From Eledone cirrhosa (Eukaryota), in the NCBI GenBank assembly GCA_964016885.1, contig CAXHJY010000518.1, positions 62,001-126,000 on the forward strand: DNA of 64,000 bases. The letters are read 5' to 3'. The notes under the pieces are model-generated. The model searched no databases and was not told the DNA's origin. It saw only the letters and a program-made list of their open reading frames with translations. This document shows, piece by piece, positions 13,720-25,885 of this stretch; positions within the stretch are counted from its first letter, which is position 1, and each line of letters opens with the position of its first letter. A program made the position numbers and the translations under genes.

Positions 13720-16700
13720 GGAGGAGGTTATAGTTCACTTGAAGCATTGTGTAATGAGGTATAAACGTTTGAATATGTATAATATAGCCAAAACAATGCA
13801 GGTATGGACATAGAAAAAAGAATGCAATTGCAAAAGATATTGTTGACAAATCGTCTTTTACCTTAGATTTATTTAAATGTCCTTAATTTTCGAGATAATA
13901 TCTCTTCTTCAGAGGGAAATAAAGGTCTCAAACCAGCCTTCTAAATATCTTGCCAAGCCATGCTGACAGGAAATAGTATAGAGTATCTGTTCTATCTCTA
14001 ATGTCAAAGAGTTACAATTAGATGGATAAAGAGTAGTCTCCCTTTAAAAGGGGTTTGTTTAGGGGTTTTTTTTTTTATATACATGCCTGTTTAAGTGTGT
14101 GGGAGAATGCATGAAGGTGTAAGTATGTGAGTGTGTGTGTGAGTGTGAGAAGATAAGTCTATTCATAAATGTGGGGGATAGGTGTTATCTGGTGTTAGAA
14201 CTGGTTTTGTGTGTGTATGTGTGAGAGAGAATAAGTGTAAGTGTGTGTGTGTGTGGGGTGTGTAAATATGGGGCTAGAAGCCCTATCAGGTTATAAATTG
14301 GGTGTTGAGTTCTAGTCTATTATTGATTGGTGGTTGTGTTTTATCTATAATTAGTGCTTCCTTAATTCTTAGATTGCTGAGGTTTCTTTCCTTAGTTTCT
14401 ATCCTAACTGTTATGGTTTTGTCGGTGTTTTTGCATTTAACTAGGTGTTTCTTAAATGAGGAAGCGTTAGTATTGAGGTGTTCTTTTATTCTTATGTGGA
14501 GTGGTCTGGTGGTGCTACCTACGTAGAAGTTGTTGCATTTGTCACACTCTAGTCTGTATACGACGTAAGCCTGGTGGCATAGGTCTGTGTCGTTGATGGG
14601 GCAGTTGGCTAGTCTGCAGCAGTTGTCATGTCTGGTGGTGTGTTTTTTGGTTAGCTGTCCGCGTAGAGAAGGACCTGAGTGGGCCAGTTGGATATCTAGT
14701 CCCTCTCGTCTGATGGCTCTGCGGATGTCTGTTGTTGTTTCTTCACTGAAGTGTGGGAGCTTCAGGAAGCAAGTGTTAGTGCCTCGGGTGTGGTGTCCTC
14801 TGTTCTTTCTGGCACGGTTTGTGGTGGATGTCGTGTATCCGTTCAGTTTGAGTACTTCCAGGAAATGTGTGGTGTGTGTGTCTCGGTCTCTAGCGTCGGT
14901 GCATTTGTTCCGGATACGTGCCAGTTCGTTCCTTATGTATCCGAACTTGGCACCGAGTGGGAGGGCCGATCTGAAATGTACGAACAGGTCGCTGCTGGCG
15001 GCTTTTTTATAGAAACAGGTGTGGATGTTGCCTTCCTCTGTTACCCTGAGTTGGAAGTATAGTAGGGATAGGGATCCGCGGTCATCGGGGTGTTCCATGC
15101 TGAACTTTATACTGGCGTCCATGCTGGAGAATGTTGTGTATATTTTATCTGCCTCCTCACGGGATGATGTAAGGATGAGTATGTCATCTACATATCGGGT
15201 GAAGAAGGCATGGGAATGGCAGGTGTTGAGGGCTCAGCATTCTAGCTGGTTCATGTAGGTGATGGCCAGCAGGCCCGATAGGCTGGATCCCATGGGTAAT
15301 CCTGTTGTCTGTCTGTATGTGTGGTGGTGGAAGGTGAAGTACGTGTTGTCTACTGTGAAGGACAAAAGCTAGTGTATGTCCGTCGGGTGGAGGCCGTAGC
15401 AGTGGATGTCCTCTGCGACCACGCAGTCCGTCAATAAATCGACAGCTGGATGAGCGGGCACTGTAGTATAGAGGGAGACAACGTTGAGGCTAAAAGCGTA
15501 TTTATTTAGTTTAAGTTGTTCTGGCTGGAGTTGGTGTAGTCTACGTATAAATTCGTCGGAGCTACTGACATGTCCGGGGAAGGTGGAGAGTAGAGGCTTG
15601 AGGACCTGGGAGAGAAGCCAGGAAATTTTGTATAGGGGTCCTTCTATGCTAGAGACGATGGGTCTTATTTGCGTCTAAGTACTATTCTTGTGGGTCTTGA
15701 TGAGGTGGTAGAAAGTGGGCAGTCTGCTATTTCTAGTGGTGTAGTTGAGCTTAATTTTATTTGGGAGTTGTCTTCTACAGATATCGAACCAAATGGAGTT
15801 GGTCTGTTTTTCGATCTGGGCTGCAGTCATGTCCGGGATCTCTGTGTATAATTCATTGTCGCTTAGGTGTTCAAAGGCTAGGTTATTGTATGTGGCTTGA
15901 GAGATGACGCAAAACTCTTTACCTTTGTCGGATAGTAAGTATATAAGTTCCCTATTCCGTAGGTTTTTCAGGGCGAGTTGTTGTGTCCTGGAGAGGTTTG
16001 GGTCTATCTTCTTCTGTTTCCGTAAAATGTTAAATACGGAATGTTTTAGTCTCGAGAGTTTTTCTTCAAGCTCGCGGTTGGCAGGCGGTGGACAGAGTGG
16101 CTGATCTAGTTGGTATATCGGGAATCTGGGTTTGATGGATTCCATGGTGTTGTTGTCGAGAGTCGATATCCATTTTAGTTGGTAGGCAGCCCGACAGAAA
16201 TTCGTTTCTATGTCGAGCCATAATTTGTCGTCCAGTCTCTGTTTCAATATGAACTTGGGACCCAGGCTGAGGAGGTCTAATTCCTCTCGGGAGAGGGATC
16301 CTGTCAAGTCTGTGACGATGTGTTTTGCGTCAGGTGTGTTGTTGGTCGGGGCGCCACTAGGTTCGGTGTTGGTACCGTCTTGTTCGCCTCTGTTGGTGTT
16401 TAGAGTTGGGATGTTGTTAAGACAGTTGGCCGTCCTGAGTTTGAGAAATGTTTGCGTTAGACGTATTTTCTCGTAGTCTCGACGATGGTGGTATGACCTG
16501 TCTATAGTGGCGGAGATGACTCTGGACAGAGGTTCTGGGGTATCAGCAAGTTGTGGTACAAGGCTGGAAATAGTCCATATGTGATGTTGTAGTGTGCGGT
16601 GTAGGTGTTGTATGAGTTTTCTTAGGCAGAATTTTTGTATGTAACTAAGTGATCGTTTGAGGCCTGGTGATTTGAAGCATGTTGGCAGGTGCAAATTTTT

Positions 16701-17016
16701 GATAGTTTTGGGGATGATGTTTTTATTCAGGCATCGTTTTAGGAAGTTTATTTGGCAGCCGGCTTTGGCACGCTTTTCAGATAGCTGGAAGAGTTTCTTT
16801 ACAGTTATGAACTGGGCCTGGCTCAGGCGTAAGGAAAGGAGGAGGTTATAGTTCACTTGAAGCATTGTGTAATGAGGTATAAACGTTTGAATATGTATAA
16901 TAAAGCCAAAACAATGCAGGTATGGACATAGAAAAAAGAATGCAATTGCAAAAGATATTGTCGACAAATCGTCTTTTACCTTAGATTTATTTAAATGTCC
17001 TTAATTTTCGAGATAA
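13720..17016 (-). mobile_element. Penelope/Poseidon-type PLE (RT plus GIY-YIG) with a partial tandem terminal repeat; ORF interrupted by stops
   Basis: The ORF pieces 15675-16967 and 14286-15122, and the frame between them, show LSLGPKF, PTFYHLIKTHK, IRPIVS, GLPMGS, RYVDD and VVYRLEC..CNNFYVGSTTRPLHIRIKEH. A 179-bp direct repeat lies at 13720-13898 and 16838-17016. Confidence 0.93.
13880..13917 (-). ncRNA. Minimal hammerhead-like motif in the PLE terminal repeat
   Basis: Minus strand reads TCCCT CTGAAGA a GAGAT-att-ATCTC GAAA ATT A AGGA. Helices I and III are very short. Confidence 0.6.
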
Positions 17017-19407
17017 CAGACGGCATAGCTCCAACACCTGCACCAACATCTATAGCACCTCTTTGTAGACGATATTGCGTGTCATCCCTTGAGGAGAGTA
17101 AGCAAAAAGTCCATTCCTGCTCCCTGCGCGGGAACAGGCAACATAAAGTTGGCCAAGGGAGAAGCATGGCTCCCCCAAATGGATGCCCGCCACCGACAAT
17201 GTTTGCCCTTGTGACTTGTTAATGGACATGGCAAAACATGGTCTCACCGGGAATTGGGATCGCCGGAAATCGAACGGGATATCTGACGCCGAGAGGAAAA
17301 GGTTCATCCTTGGAATGAAAACTTAAAATTTAATAACTCAACCGGATAATTAACGATATCGTCGGGGTCTGATTTGAAGATGTGCTCTTTACCGGGAATC
17401 TTCTCAATCAGCTGCTCGTTAATAAAATTAACCATGGTATTTTTCGGAGCAAGGATGGCTCTTTCGCTGAGCCAATCGAGGTTTTTAAAGTTAGATGAGA
17501 CATTAGGAAAAACTGTTTCCCAAGGGTCAGAAGGGCTGCTCACAATGTTGCACAGGGTGTCGATTGCTATGCCGCCCTTGTCATCCGCAGGGATCTTGCC
17601 CTCACCATGTGCTAAAATGTTCTGTGCTGCAGACATGTTGTCACCATGCAAATGAGCACGCATATTTGTGCTCAGGTACAAACTATTCACCTGGATCCAC
17701 AACATGGACGACTTAAGACAGGCACGCACTTTATCAGCTCTTGTCCATTTGGGGATGACAGGCAGCGTTTTCCGAAAATCCCCTGATAGCAGAAGGGTTA
17801 CGCCACCCATAGGAGCCGTAGAATCCCTAATGTCTTTCCGGGCCTTGTCCAATGCCTCAAGGGCACCCTTGTGTGCCATTGTGCACTCATCCCAAACAAT
17901 GAGGCAACATCTTTTGAGAACCAGAGCTTTGTGTGAACTCTTGCTGATATTGCATGTTGGTGTCTCAGTTTTTACTAAATCCAAAGGGAGTTTAAAGGTT
18001 GAATGTGCTCTCCTGCCTCCCGGCAGCAAAGTAGCAGCAATCCCGGATGATGCAACGGACAACGCAACCTTTTTCTCCTGACGAATCTTAGCGAGAATCA
18101 AATTTGTTACAAAAGTTTTTCCGGTACCCCCAGGAGCGTTTTTTATTGGGGGGATCAGGGTTGTTTTTTTTTTGACCTTGAGGTATAACCAGTCAGTAGT
18201 TCCTTCAAAGGCTCTGGCGGTTCCGTAAGAGGGGGCAAGGTGACCTTACCGTTTAAGCAGCACATTGCAGGTGGCTCCCCAGCCCACTTTGTAGCATTGC
18301 AGAATTTGCAATTGAAGCGCATCTCGCCTATATTTATGTCAGAGCGCATCGAGTAATTAACGTTTTGCTCATACTTGAAAGCCCGTAGGTGCCAGTAAGG
18401 GCTGTTGGAGCTCGTCACACCGCGTGCAGCTTCTCGCCGTCGACTGTTACGCTTGAACGTAGAACATTGGTCGTGTGGTTGGTGGTAAGGTCTGGCAGCA
18501 ATAGCAGAAGCAACATTTGCAATGCTAATGGACCGCCCGTCTGCATCTTCAGAAGCCATGGAAGTAGTCATAGCCGCAGCGTTCGTAGGAAGGCGAGCCG
18601 TCCGTTGTTTTAAACGTTCCAAAGACCTGGAAGCAGCATTAGTCGCATTGTTTCTAGCCAGGCGCTTCGACCTTTGTTCACGGCTCTCTGAATCCCTGGA
18701 AGAAGCCTGGTATGAAGCCATTTTGGCTAGGCGTGCGGTGCGCTGTTGGAAACTTTCAGCGGCTCGACATTCTGCTGAACGTAAGGCTGTCTGTGAAAGT
18801 CTTGAAGCATTTTCCTCAGAGGACTCATTTGCTATAGTAGCCTTTTGCGCCACTGCTGACGCGATATGTCAACTGAGGCGACTTCTCCTTTTAGGTGGCA
18901 TTTTATGTCCAAAAGAAAGGGTGAAAGTTACTTCTACAGAAAAATTGACTTTGAAAGTCTACTGTCTGTTTATGAATATTGTTATTGTTGTTGTGATACA
19001 AATTTTAGTAAGTAAATGGGTATCAAAAAATAAAGGGTGAAAGTTACTTCACCATAAAAATTGACTTTGAAAGTATAAGGCTGATAATTGAATGTAAAAA
19101 GCTTGTATGTATGTATGTATGTATGTATTAAAGGTTGAAAGTATAAGGCTGATAATTGAATGTAAAAAGATTGTATGTATGTATGTATGTATTAAAGGTT
19201 GAAAGTTACTTCAACATAAAAATTGACTTTGAAAGTATAAGGATGATAAGAAAGGCCCCCCCAAAAAATTTACAGGTATTTGTATGTATGTGTGTATGTT
19301 TATGTCGAAAAGAAAGGGTTAAAGTTACTTCTACAGAAAAATTTAGTTTGAAAGTGTAAGGCCGATGTGTGTGTAAATTAAGTGACAGGTATTTGTATGT
19401 ATGTGTG

Positions 19408-19439
<32 letters not shown>

Positions 19440-20248
19440 TGTATGTATGTATGTATGTATGTATGTATTAAAGGTTGAAGTTACATAAAAATTAACTTTG
19501 AAAGTATAAGGCTGATAATTGAATGTAAAAAGATTGATAAGAAAGGCCCCAAAAAATAACTTTACAGGTCTTTGTATGTATGTGTGTATTTTTATGTCGA
19601 AAATAAAGGGTTAAAGTTACTTATACAGAAAAATATAGTTTGAAAGTGTAAGGCCGATTGAAAAACTTATAGTTTAGTAAATGAAAGTCAGCTTCGAAAT
19701 GGAGTTTGAACACGCTAATACAAACACACACACATATATCCGTCTTTTAGTGTGTCTGTTTGTTTCTCTCTCCCTCTTTATCATTATATCCCTCTTTATC
19801 ATTATATGCTATTGTTATTTCTAAAACAAACTGTGTATGTGTTGATTGATTGAAATTCCCGCGTTCCTGTTTCTATGACGTCAATCGTAACCATACCAAC
19901 ATATATGTGTGTGTATGCACCGACATATATGTGTGTATATGTTTTTTTTCAATGTTTCTCTTTTTCACAAACACTTATAAGAGAAGGTAGCAATTTTAAG
20001 GGGAGGTGATGAAGGGAGTAGATATAGGAAATGTATATCATATGAGAGAGGAGAAATCATCGATTGTTGAAATAAATCGATTTTTCCGTAATTGTGGCAT
20101 TTTTTACCCAATAAGTTCGCCCATGACCCAAGTTAGAATATTTGTAAACATTCTGCTTAATTATTCATTCAATATTTTTGGAATTGTGTAAATGTATAAA
20201 ATTGAAACATACATACAGACACAAAAATCTGCCTTTTATAGATAATGA
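17017..20248 (-). mobile_element. Internally deleted Helitron (N-terminal region joined to a PIF1-like helicase; Rep domain missing)
   Basis: Helicase motifs are ASSGIAATLL, IVWDECTM, GDFR, ILAPKN, FAMSINKSQGQT and GQLYVACSR (17050-18101), with a frameshifted Walker A near 18115-18138. The N-terminal CxxC...CC..GKV.LPPL motif and R-rich repeats lie in 18155-18900. The putative 5' end TC...TATAAAAGG is at about 20248/20242, next to TA. Confidence 0.85.
17050..18140 (-). pseudogene. Helitron PIF1-like helicase remnant
   Basis: Superfamily-1 helicase motifs are spread across frameshifted ORFs 17304-18101 and 17050-17307. Confidence 0.88.
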
Positions 20249-20304
20249 TATATGTATATAGAAATTATAGAAATTACATGAATCAAAGTTCTGTTCAAAT
20301 CATT

Positions 20305-20358
20305 TATTCGCTTACAATTGTTTCTTCCAAACTGAGGTTTGGAGTCTTCGGAGCAATA
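20305..20358 (-). ncRNA. Hammerhead ribozyme (CCGAAGA core variant)
   Basis: Reverse complement of 21476-21529. Confidence 0.7.
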
Positions 20359-21475
20359 TTTCAATGATTATTTAGATACATGACCTTCTTTCCAACACAA
20401 GAGACATACAGAAACATATGTATATATTGATGAGAATTGATCTCTGGTCTACCCTAGTGATATTTAACTTTGCCATGCAATCAGACATGCACTGACCCAG
20501 AGCTTACCGGGAGTTATATATAGAAGTGATTATAATAAAACCCTGCCAGATTTTGCGGGTAGACTACACTTACAAAGATCATTGATTTGGGGATTTGACT
20601 CTTCATGTCGCATATTCAGTTGTGGCACTCTATGATAGAAGGTAATCATCCTAATATGAACACCTTTAGTACTTCTTAATAGACTAGACTGTAATTTAAA
20701 GATAGGATACTTATACTTAGAAACTGTTTATAACCTATATGATAGGAACTCATGTGTAACACCATTTAATGTACATTAGGATAATAAATTTTAGTCATAA
20801 AAATCAGCTAGTTACCTCCCCTCACGCATTAATTCCCCTTAATCACACACACACTTCCGGAAAATAATACGATGTTAAGCCTCACAACAAAAACAACCTG
20901 CTCTATAATATCGGATTAAAGAACAAGCTGTAATATTCCAACCTAATTCAGCAAGCGTCCAATATTGAAACATTGTAGATTATGTGAAGGACATATAATC
21001 TATATATTACGTTTCCTGGATTGTGAAAATGGTGGTGTATACGAAAAACCATAACACTGTTTTGCTTCTCATTTTTAAATATTTCTCTGCACACAAGCTT
21101 CTATATCTTACATATAAAATACTATACAACCCCCATAATACTCTTGATTGCCCGCTTAAAGTGCTTATATTCCATATAACACCTTACTGCACTATAATCT
21201 TATATAAATAGGACACACGTGCATGCCCTACGTGTAACTATTGCATACACTAACTACTTCTAACTACCCTCCTGCATCATCTTCATAAACTGCCATTATT
21301 GTATTATAACTTTAATTTTGTTGTAATTTTCTTTTAATATGTCTTTAATCTTTGAATGTAAACTGACATGCTTAAATATTATAAAGGATGTCAACCCACT
21401 GTGCATCAATATATACATGTTTCTATATGTCTCTTGTGTTGAAAAGGAGGTCAAGTATGTAAACAATCATTGAAA

Positions 21476-21529
21476 TATTGCTCCGAAGACTCCAAACCTC
21501 AGTTTGGAAGAAACAATTGTAAGCGAATA
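21476..21529 (+). ncRNA. Hammerhead ribozyme (CCGAAGA core variant)
   Basis: TATTGCT CCGAAGA c TCCAAAC-ctca-GTTTGGA a GAAA CAATTG TA AGCGAATA. Helix III is the palindrome ACAATTGT. Confidence 0.72.
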
Positions 21530-21761
21530 AATGATTTGAACAGAACTTTGATTCATGTAATTTCTATATAACTGCTCTGTAGAACAACTGATGCTATTAC
21601 ATTGAGCTATTTATCTTACTGGTAATAAGGTAGTAATAAATTACTGTCTTTCACTGTTTAGGGTTTAAAATATATATAGCAATAAAAGGTTTTAGTATAT
21701 ACAAAACCATAAATAGTACCCTTAATACTATATATGTATATATATATATATATGTATATAT

Positions 21762-22560
21762 ATATTTAGAAACACACAGATACATGCGGACACACACATA
21801 TATACATGAATGCATCCGCACCCAACTGCGAGTTAAGGGTGCCAACTTCACCGATGTTGCTCAATGAATGACTGGGACAGACCAATTCAGTTTGAACCAG
21901 ACTGAACCAGTATCAGAGTTAAAAATACATTATGAAGAGAGAAGAAACATTTAGATATAATTGGTAATAAAATGTATCATACCTAAACTGCTCCTAAATT
22001 CCTCGACTACGTAGTTTCGTGGCATAAACAAAAACAATATATCAAAGATATAGAGTCCTTGCGAGGTCTGCCAACTTATCAAGAGGATACCTCATTTTAC
22101 TAGTCCCAAGAACGCGTCTACACGACGTGAGAAAGAATCCCAAAAGGCGGAGGGGGAGATAGTCACGCGATATAACGGTCGAGAAACAGAGCTAAGCCTC
22201 TTATAACCACGAAGAAAATACCACGGAGGCGGAGGGGGTATTCATATCGAGGCCGTAGAAGAGGTAGTGAAGAAGGCGAGAAGTACGAGTAATGGAAGCT
22301 TTCCAGTTGTCCCCACACTTCAAAGATTGCTCGACCAGAGGGAGTTATTAATATATTTAGAAACACACAGATACATGCGGACACACACATATATACATGA
22401 ATGCATCCGCACCCAACTGCGAGTTAAGGGTGCCAACTTCACCGATGTTGCTCAATGAATGACTGGGACAGACCAATTCAGTTTGAACCAGACTGAACCA
22501 GTATCAGAGTTAAAAATACATTATGAAGAGAGAAGAAACATTTAGATATAATTAGTAATA
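21762..22560 (-). repeat. Element with direct repeats of about 200 bp (period about 590 bp) around a hammerhead
   Basis: 21762-21968 is repeated at 22352-22560. Confidence 0.85.
22000..22087 (-). ncRNA. Hammerhead ribozyme with a U3-A8 core (TTGATAA) and a branched helix II
   Basis: Minus strand reads TCCTC TTGATAA GtTGGC...GCCAC GAAA CTACGTAG TC GAGGA. Helix III is the palindrome ACTACGTAGT and the cleavage triplet is GUC. Confidence 0.75.
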
Positions 22561-22574
22561 ATATATGTATATAT

Positions 22575-22648
<74 letters not shown>

Positions 22649-22677
22649 ATATATATATATGTATTTATATATATATG

Positions 22678-22708
<31 letters not shown>

Positions 22709-23299
22709 GTATATATATATATATGTATATATATGTATATATGTGTGTGTATATATATATATGTATTTATATATATATGTATATATATATATATGTATAT
22801 ATATATATGTATATATATATGTATATGTATATATGTATATATATATATGTATATGTATATATATATATGTATATGTATATATATATATATGTATATATAT
22901 ATGAAAATATATATATGTATATATGTATATATATATGTATATATGTATATATATATGTATATATGTATATATATATATGTATATATATATATGTATACAT
23001 ATATATATGTATATATGTATATATATATATATGTATATATGTATATATATATATGTATATATGTATATATATATATATATATGTATGTATATATATGTAT
23101 ATATGTATATATATATATGTATATATGTATATATATATATGTATATATGTATATATATATATGTATATATATATATGTATATATATATATGTATATATAT
23201 ATATGTATATATATATATGTATATATATATATGTATATATATATATGTATATATATATATGTATATATATATATGTATACATATATATATGTATATATG

Positions 23300-23350
<51 letters not shown>

Positions 23351-23359
23351 GTATATATG

Positions 23360-23396
<37 letters not shown>

Positions 23397-23406
23397 GTAT
23401 ATATGT
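22561..23406. repeat. Degenerate (TA)n array
   Basis: Read directly from the sequence. Confidence 0.95.
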
Positions 23407-23596
23407 AGATAAATCTACCAAGAGTTTACGGTAGTGTCCAATCCGTATGAAGAACTCAATGTATTCCGGATATCATGGAAAGAAGAGATGTAATGAAAAT
23501 CCACTTTCGGTGAAAGATAAACGGTATACAGAGTCAAGATAAAATATTAAACAAATAATGAACAAACAATTTCTTATATTAAACAAAAAAAGTTCA

Positions 23597-23743
23597 CTAT
23601 TTAACGATCGTTTCTAGGGTATATATGTGTTATAATTGGTATGCATATTCAACAGATCTATGTACAAAATTATACAAAATTATACAAATTATCAAGATTA
23701 AATATACATACCTAACACATATATACGCCGTCTTCAGAAATAA
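23597..23743 (-). ncRNA. Hammerhead with a long helix II (about 115 nt)
   Basis: Reverse complement of 23755-23901. Confidence 0.7.
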
Positions 23744-23754
23744 TATAAGAAAGA

Positions 23755-23901
23755 TTATTTCTGAAGACGGCGTATATATGTGTTAGGTATGTATATTTAA
23801 TCTTGATAATTTGTATAATTTTGTATAATTTTGTACATAGATCTGTTGAATATGCATACCAATTATAACACATATATACCCTAGAAACGATCGTTAAATA
23901 G
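23755..23901 (+). ncRNA. Hammerhead with a long helix II (about 115 nt)
   Basis: TTATTT CTGAAGA [c gg cg tatatatgtgtta..gtatgtatattt ... gaatatgcatac..taacacatatata cc cta] GAAA CGATCG TT AAATAG. Confidence 0.72.
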
Positions 23902-23964
23902 TGAACTTTTTTTGTTTAATATAAGAAATTGTTTGTTCATTATTTGTTTAATATTTTATATATG

Positions 23965-24021
<57 letters not shown>

Positions 24022-24168
24022 GTATATATGTATATATATATATATGTATATATGTATATATATATATGTATATATATATATGTATATATATGTATATATA
24101 TATATGTACACTCCATATTCTTCTTATTTTTCGGCTTGTATTGGCTGATAGTGCTTCTTATAGCTTTA

Positions 24169-24213
24169 ATTGCCCTGATGAGTCCTTAATAGGACGAAAC
24201 ATTGTTGGCTAAT
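24169..24213 (+). ncRNA. Canonical minimal type I hammerhead ribozyme
   Basis: ATTGCC CTGATGA GTCCT-taat-AGGAC GAAA CATTG TT GGCtAAT. It lies in a unique insert of about 250 bp (24108-24358) between TA runs. Confidence 0.88.
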
Positions 24214-24370
24214 AAAGACTTTTGATGTATTGAAGGCTTCTTTGGTTTATTTTCATAATTCTTCGGCTCTGTTTAATTACATTGAGCTATACCTTTACTG
24301 TCATTTCTATAATACGAAGAGGGTGTTTAACTCCAACACACTCTATTATTTCAATTCTTATATATATATA

Positions 24371-24812
24371 TCATCATCATCATCAACGTTTAACGTCCGT
24401 GTTCCACGCTTGCATGGGTTTGGACGGGGGTATTCCCACTTGAGGCAAGAGTGATTGTCTTGCTCGCATAGGACTGTCTGGCAGGTTTTCTACAGTTGGA
24501 TGCCCTGCCTAACACCAACCACATTTACAGTGTGAGTCTGGGAGGTTTTTACCATGTTGCTTACACGGCCACATTACAGCGTGGACTGTGTGTTTTTTTG
24601 TCGTGACACCTACACGATCTCATTTGTTTCGGCCTGGATGGCGCGCCACCAACATAACTTTACATAGAACGGGGTGGTGTGGATGGGGTGGGGGTGGTGG
24701 GAGGGGTGTATTTTGTTAGAGATGCCGACTGGCTGTAGTAGGTTTTACTATGTATTTAGGTAAGGCGGGTCTTCTCTGTTACTGAGTACCGCCAAAGGTC
24801 TCAGTCCAGTGA
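24371..24812 (-). mobile_element. RTE family B 3' fragment
   Basis: Reverse complement of 8768-9215, with an (ATC)n tail. Confidence 0.88.
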
Positions 24813-25799
<987 letters not shown>

Positions 25800-25885
25800 A
25801 ACTTTGAATAACTTTGAAATGTTTTGGCCAGTATTGGCCCAGGCCATGTCTAACTTAATAGCACCACCTGGCGAAGTCTTTCAAT

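Larger units (their letters stand above)
20266..21568. mobile_element. Non-coding element of about 1.3 kb with inverted termini of about 165 bp, each carrying a hammerhead
   Basis: Arms 20266-20432 and 21404-21568 are reverse complements. Confidence 0.8.
23406..23959. mobile_element. Fold-back terminal fragment of the AT-rich Naiad-like PLE (arms of about 205 bp, 9-nt spacer)
   Basis: 23539-23744 is the reverse complement of 23754-23959. It is homologous to 36600-36800 and 55400-55740. Confidence 0.85.

Noticed and set aside
17050-18101. Host PIF1 helicase gene
   Set aside because: It is intronless, frameshifted and linked to a Helitron N-terminal Zn-finger region.
18522-19040. Antisense ORFs over transposon coding regions (also 2195-2611, 48831-49460, 14587-15012 and others)
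   Set aside because: They are shadow frames of element ORFs with no recognisable motifs.
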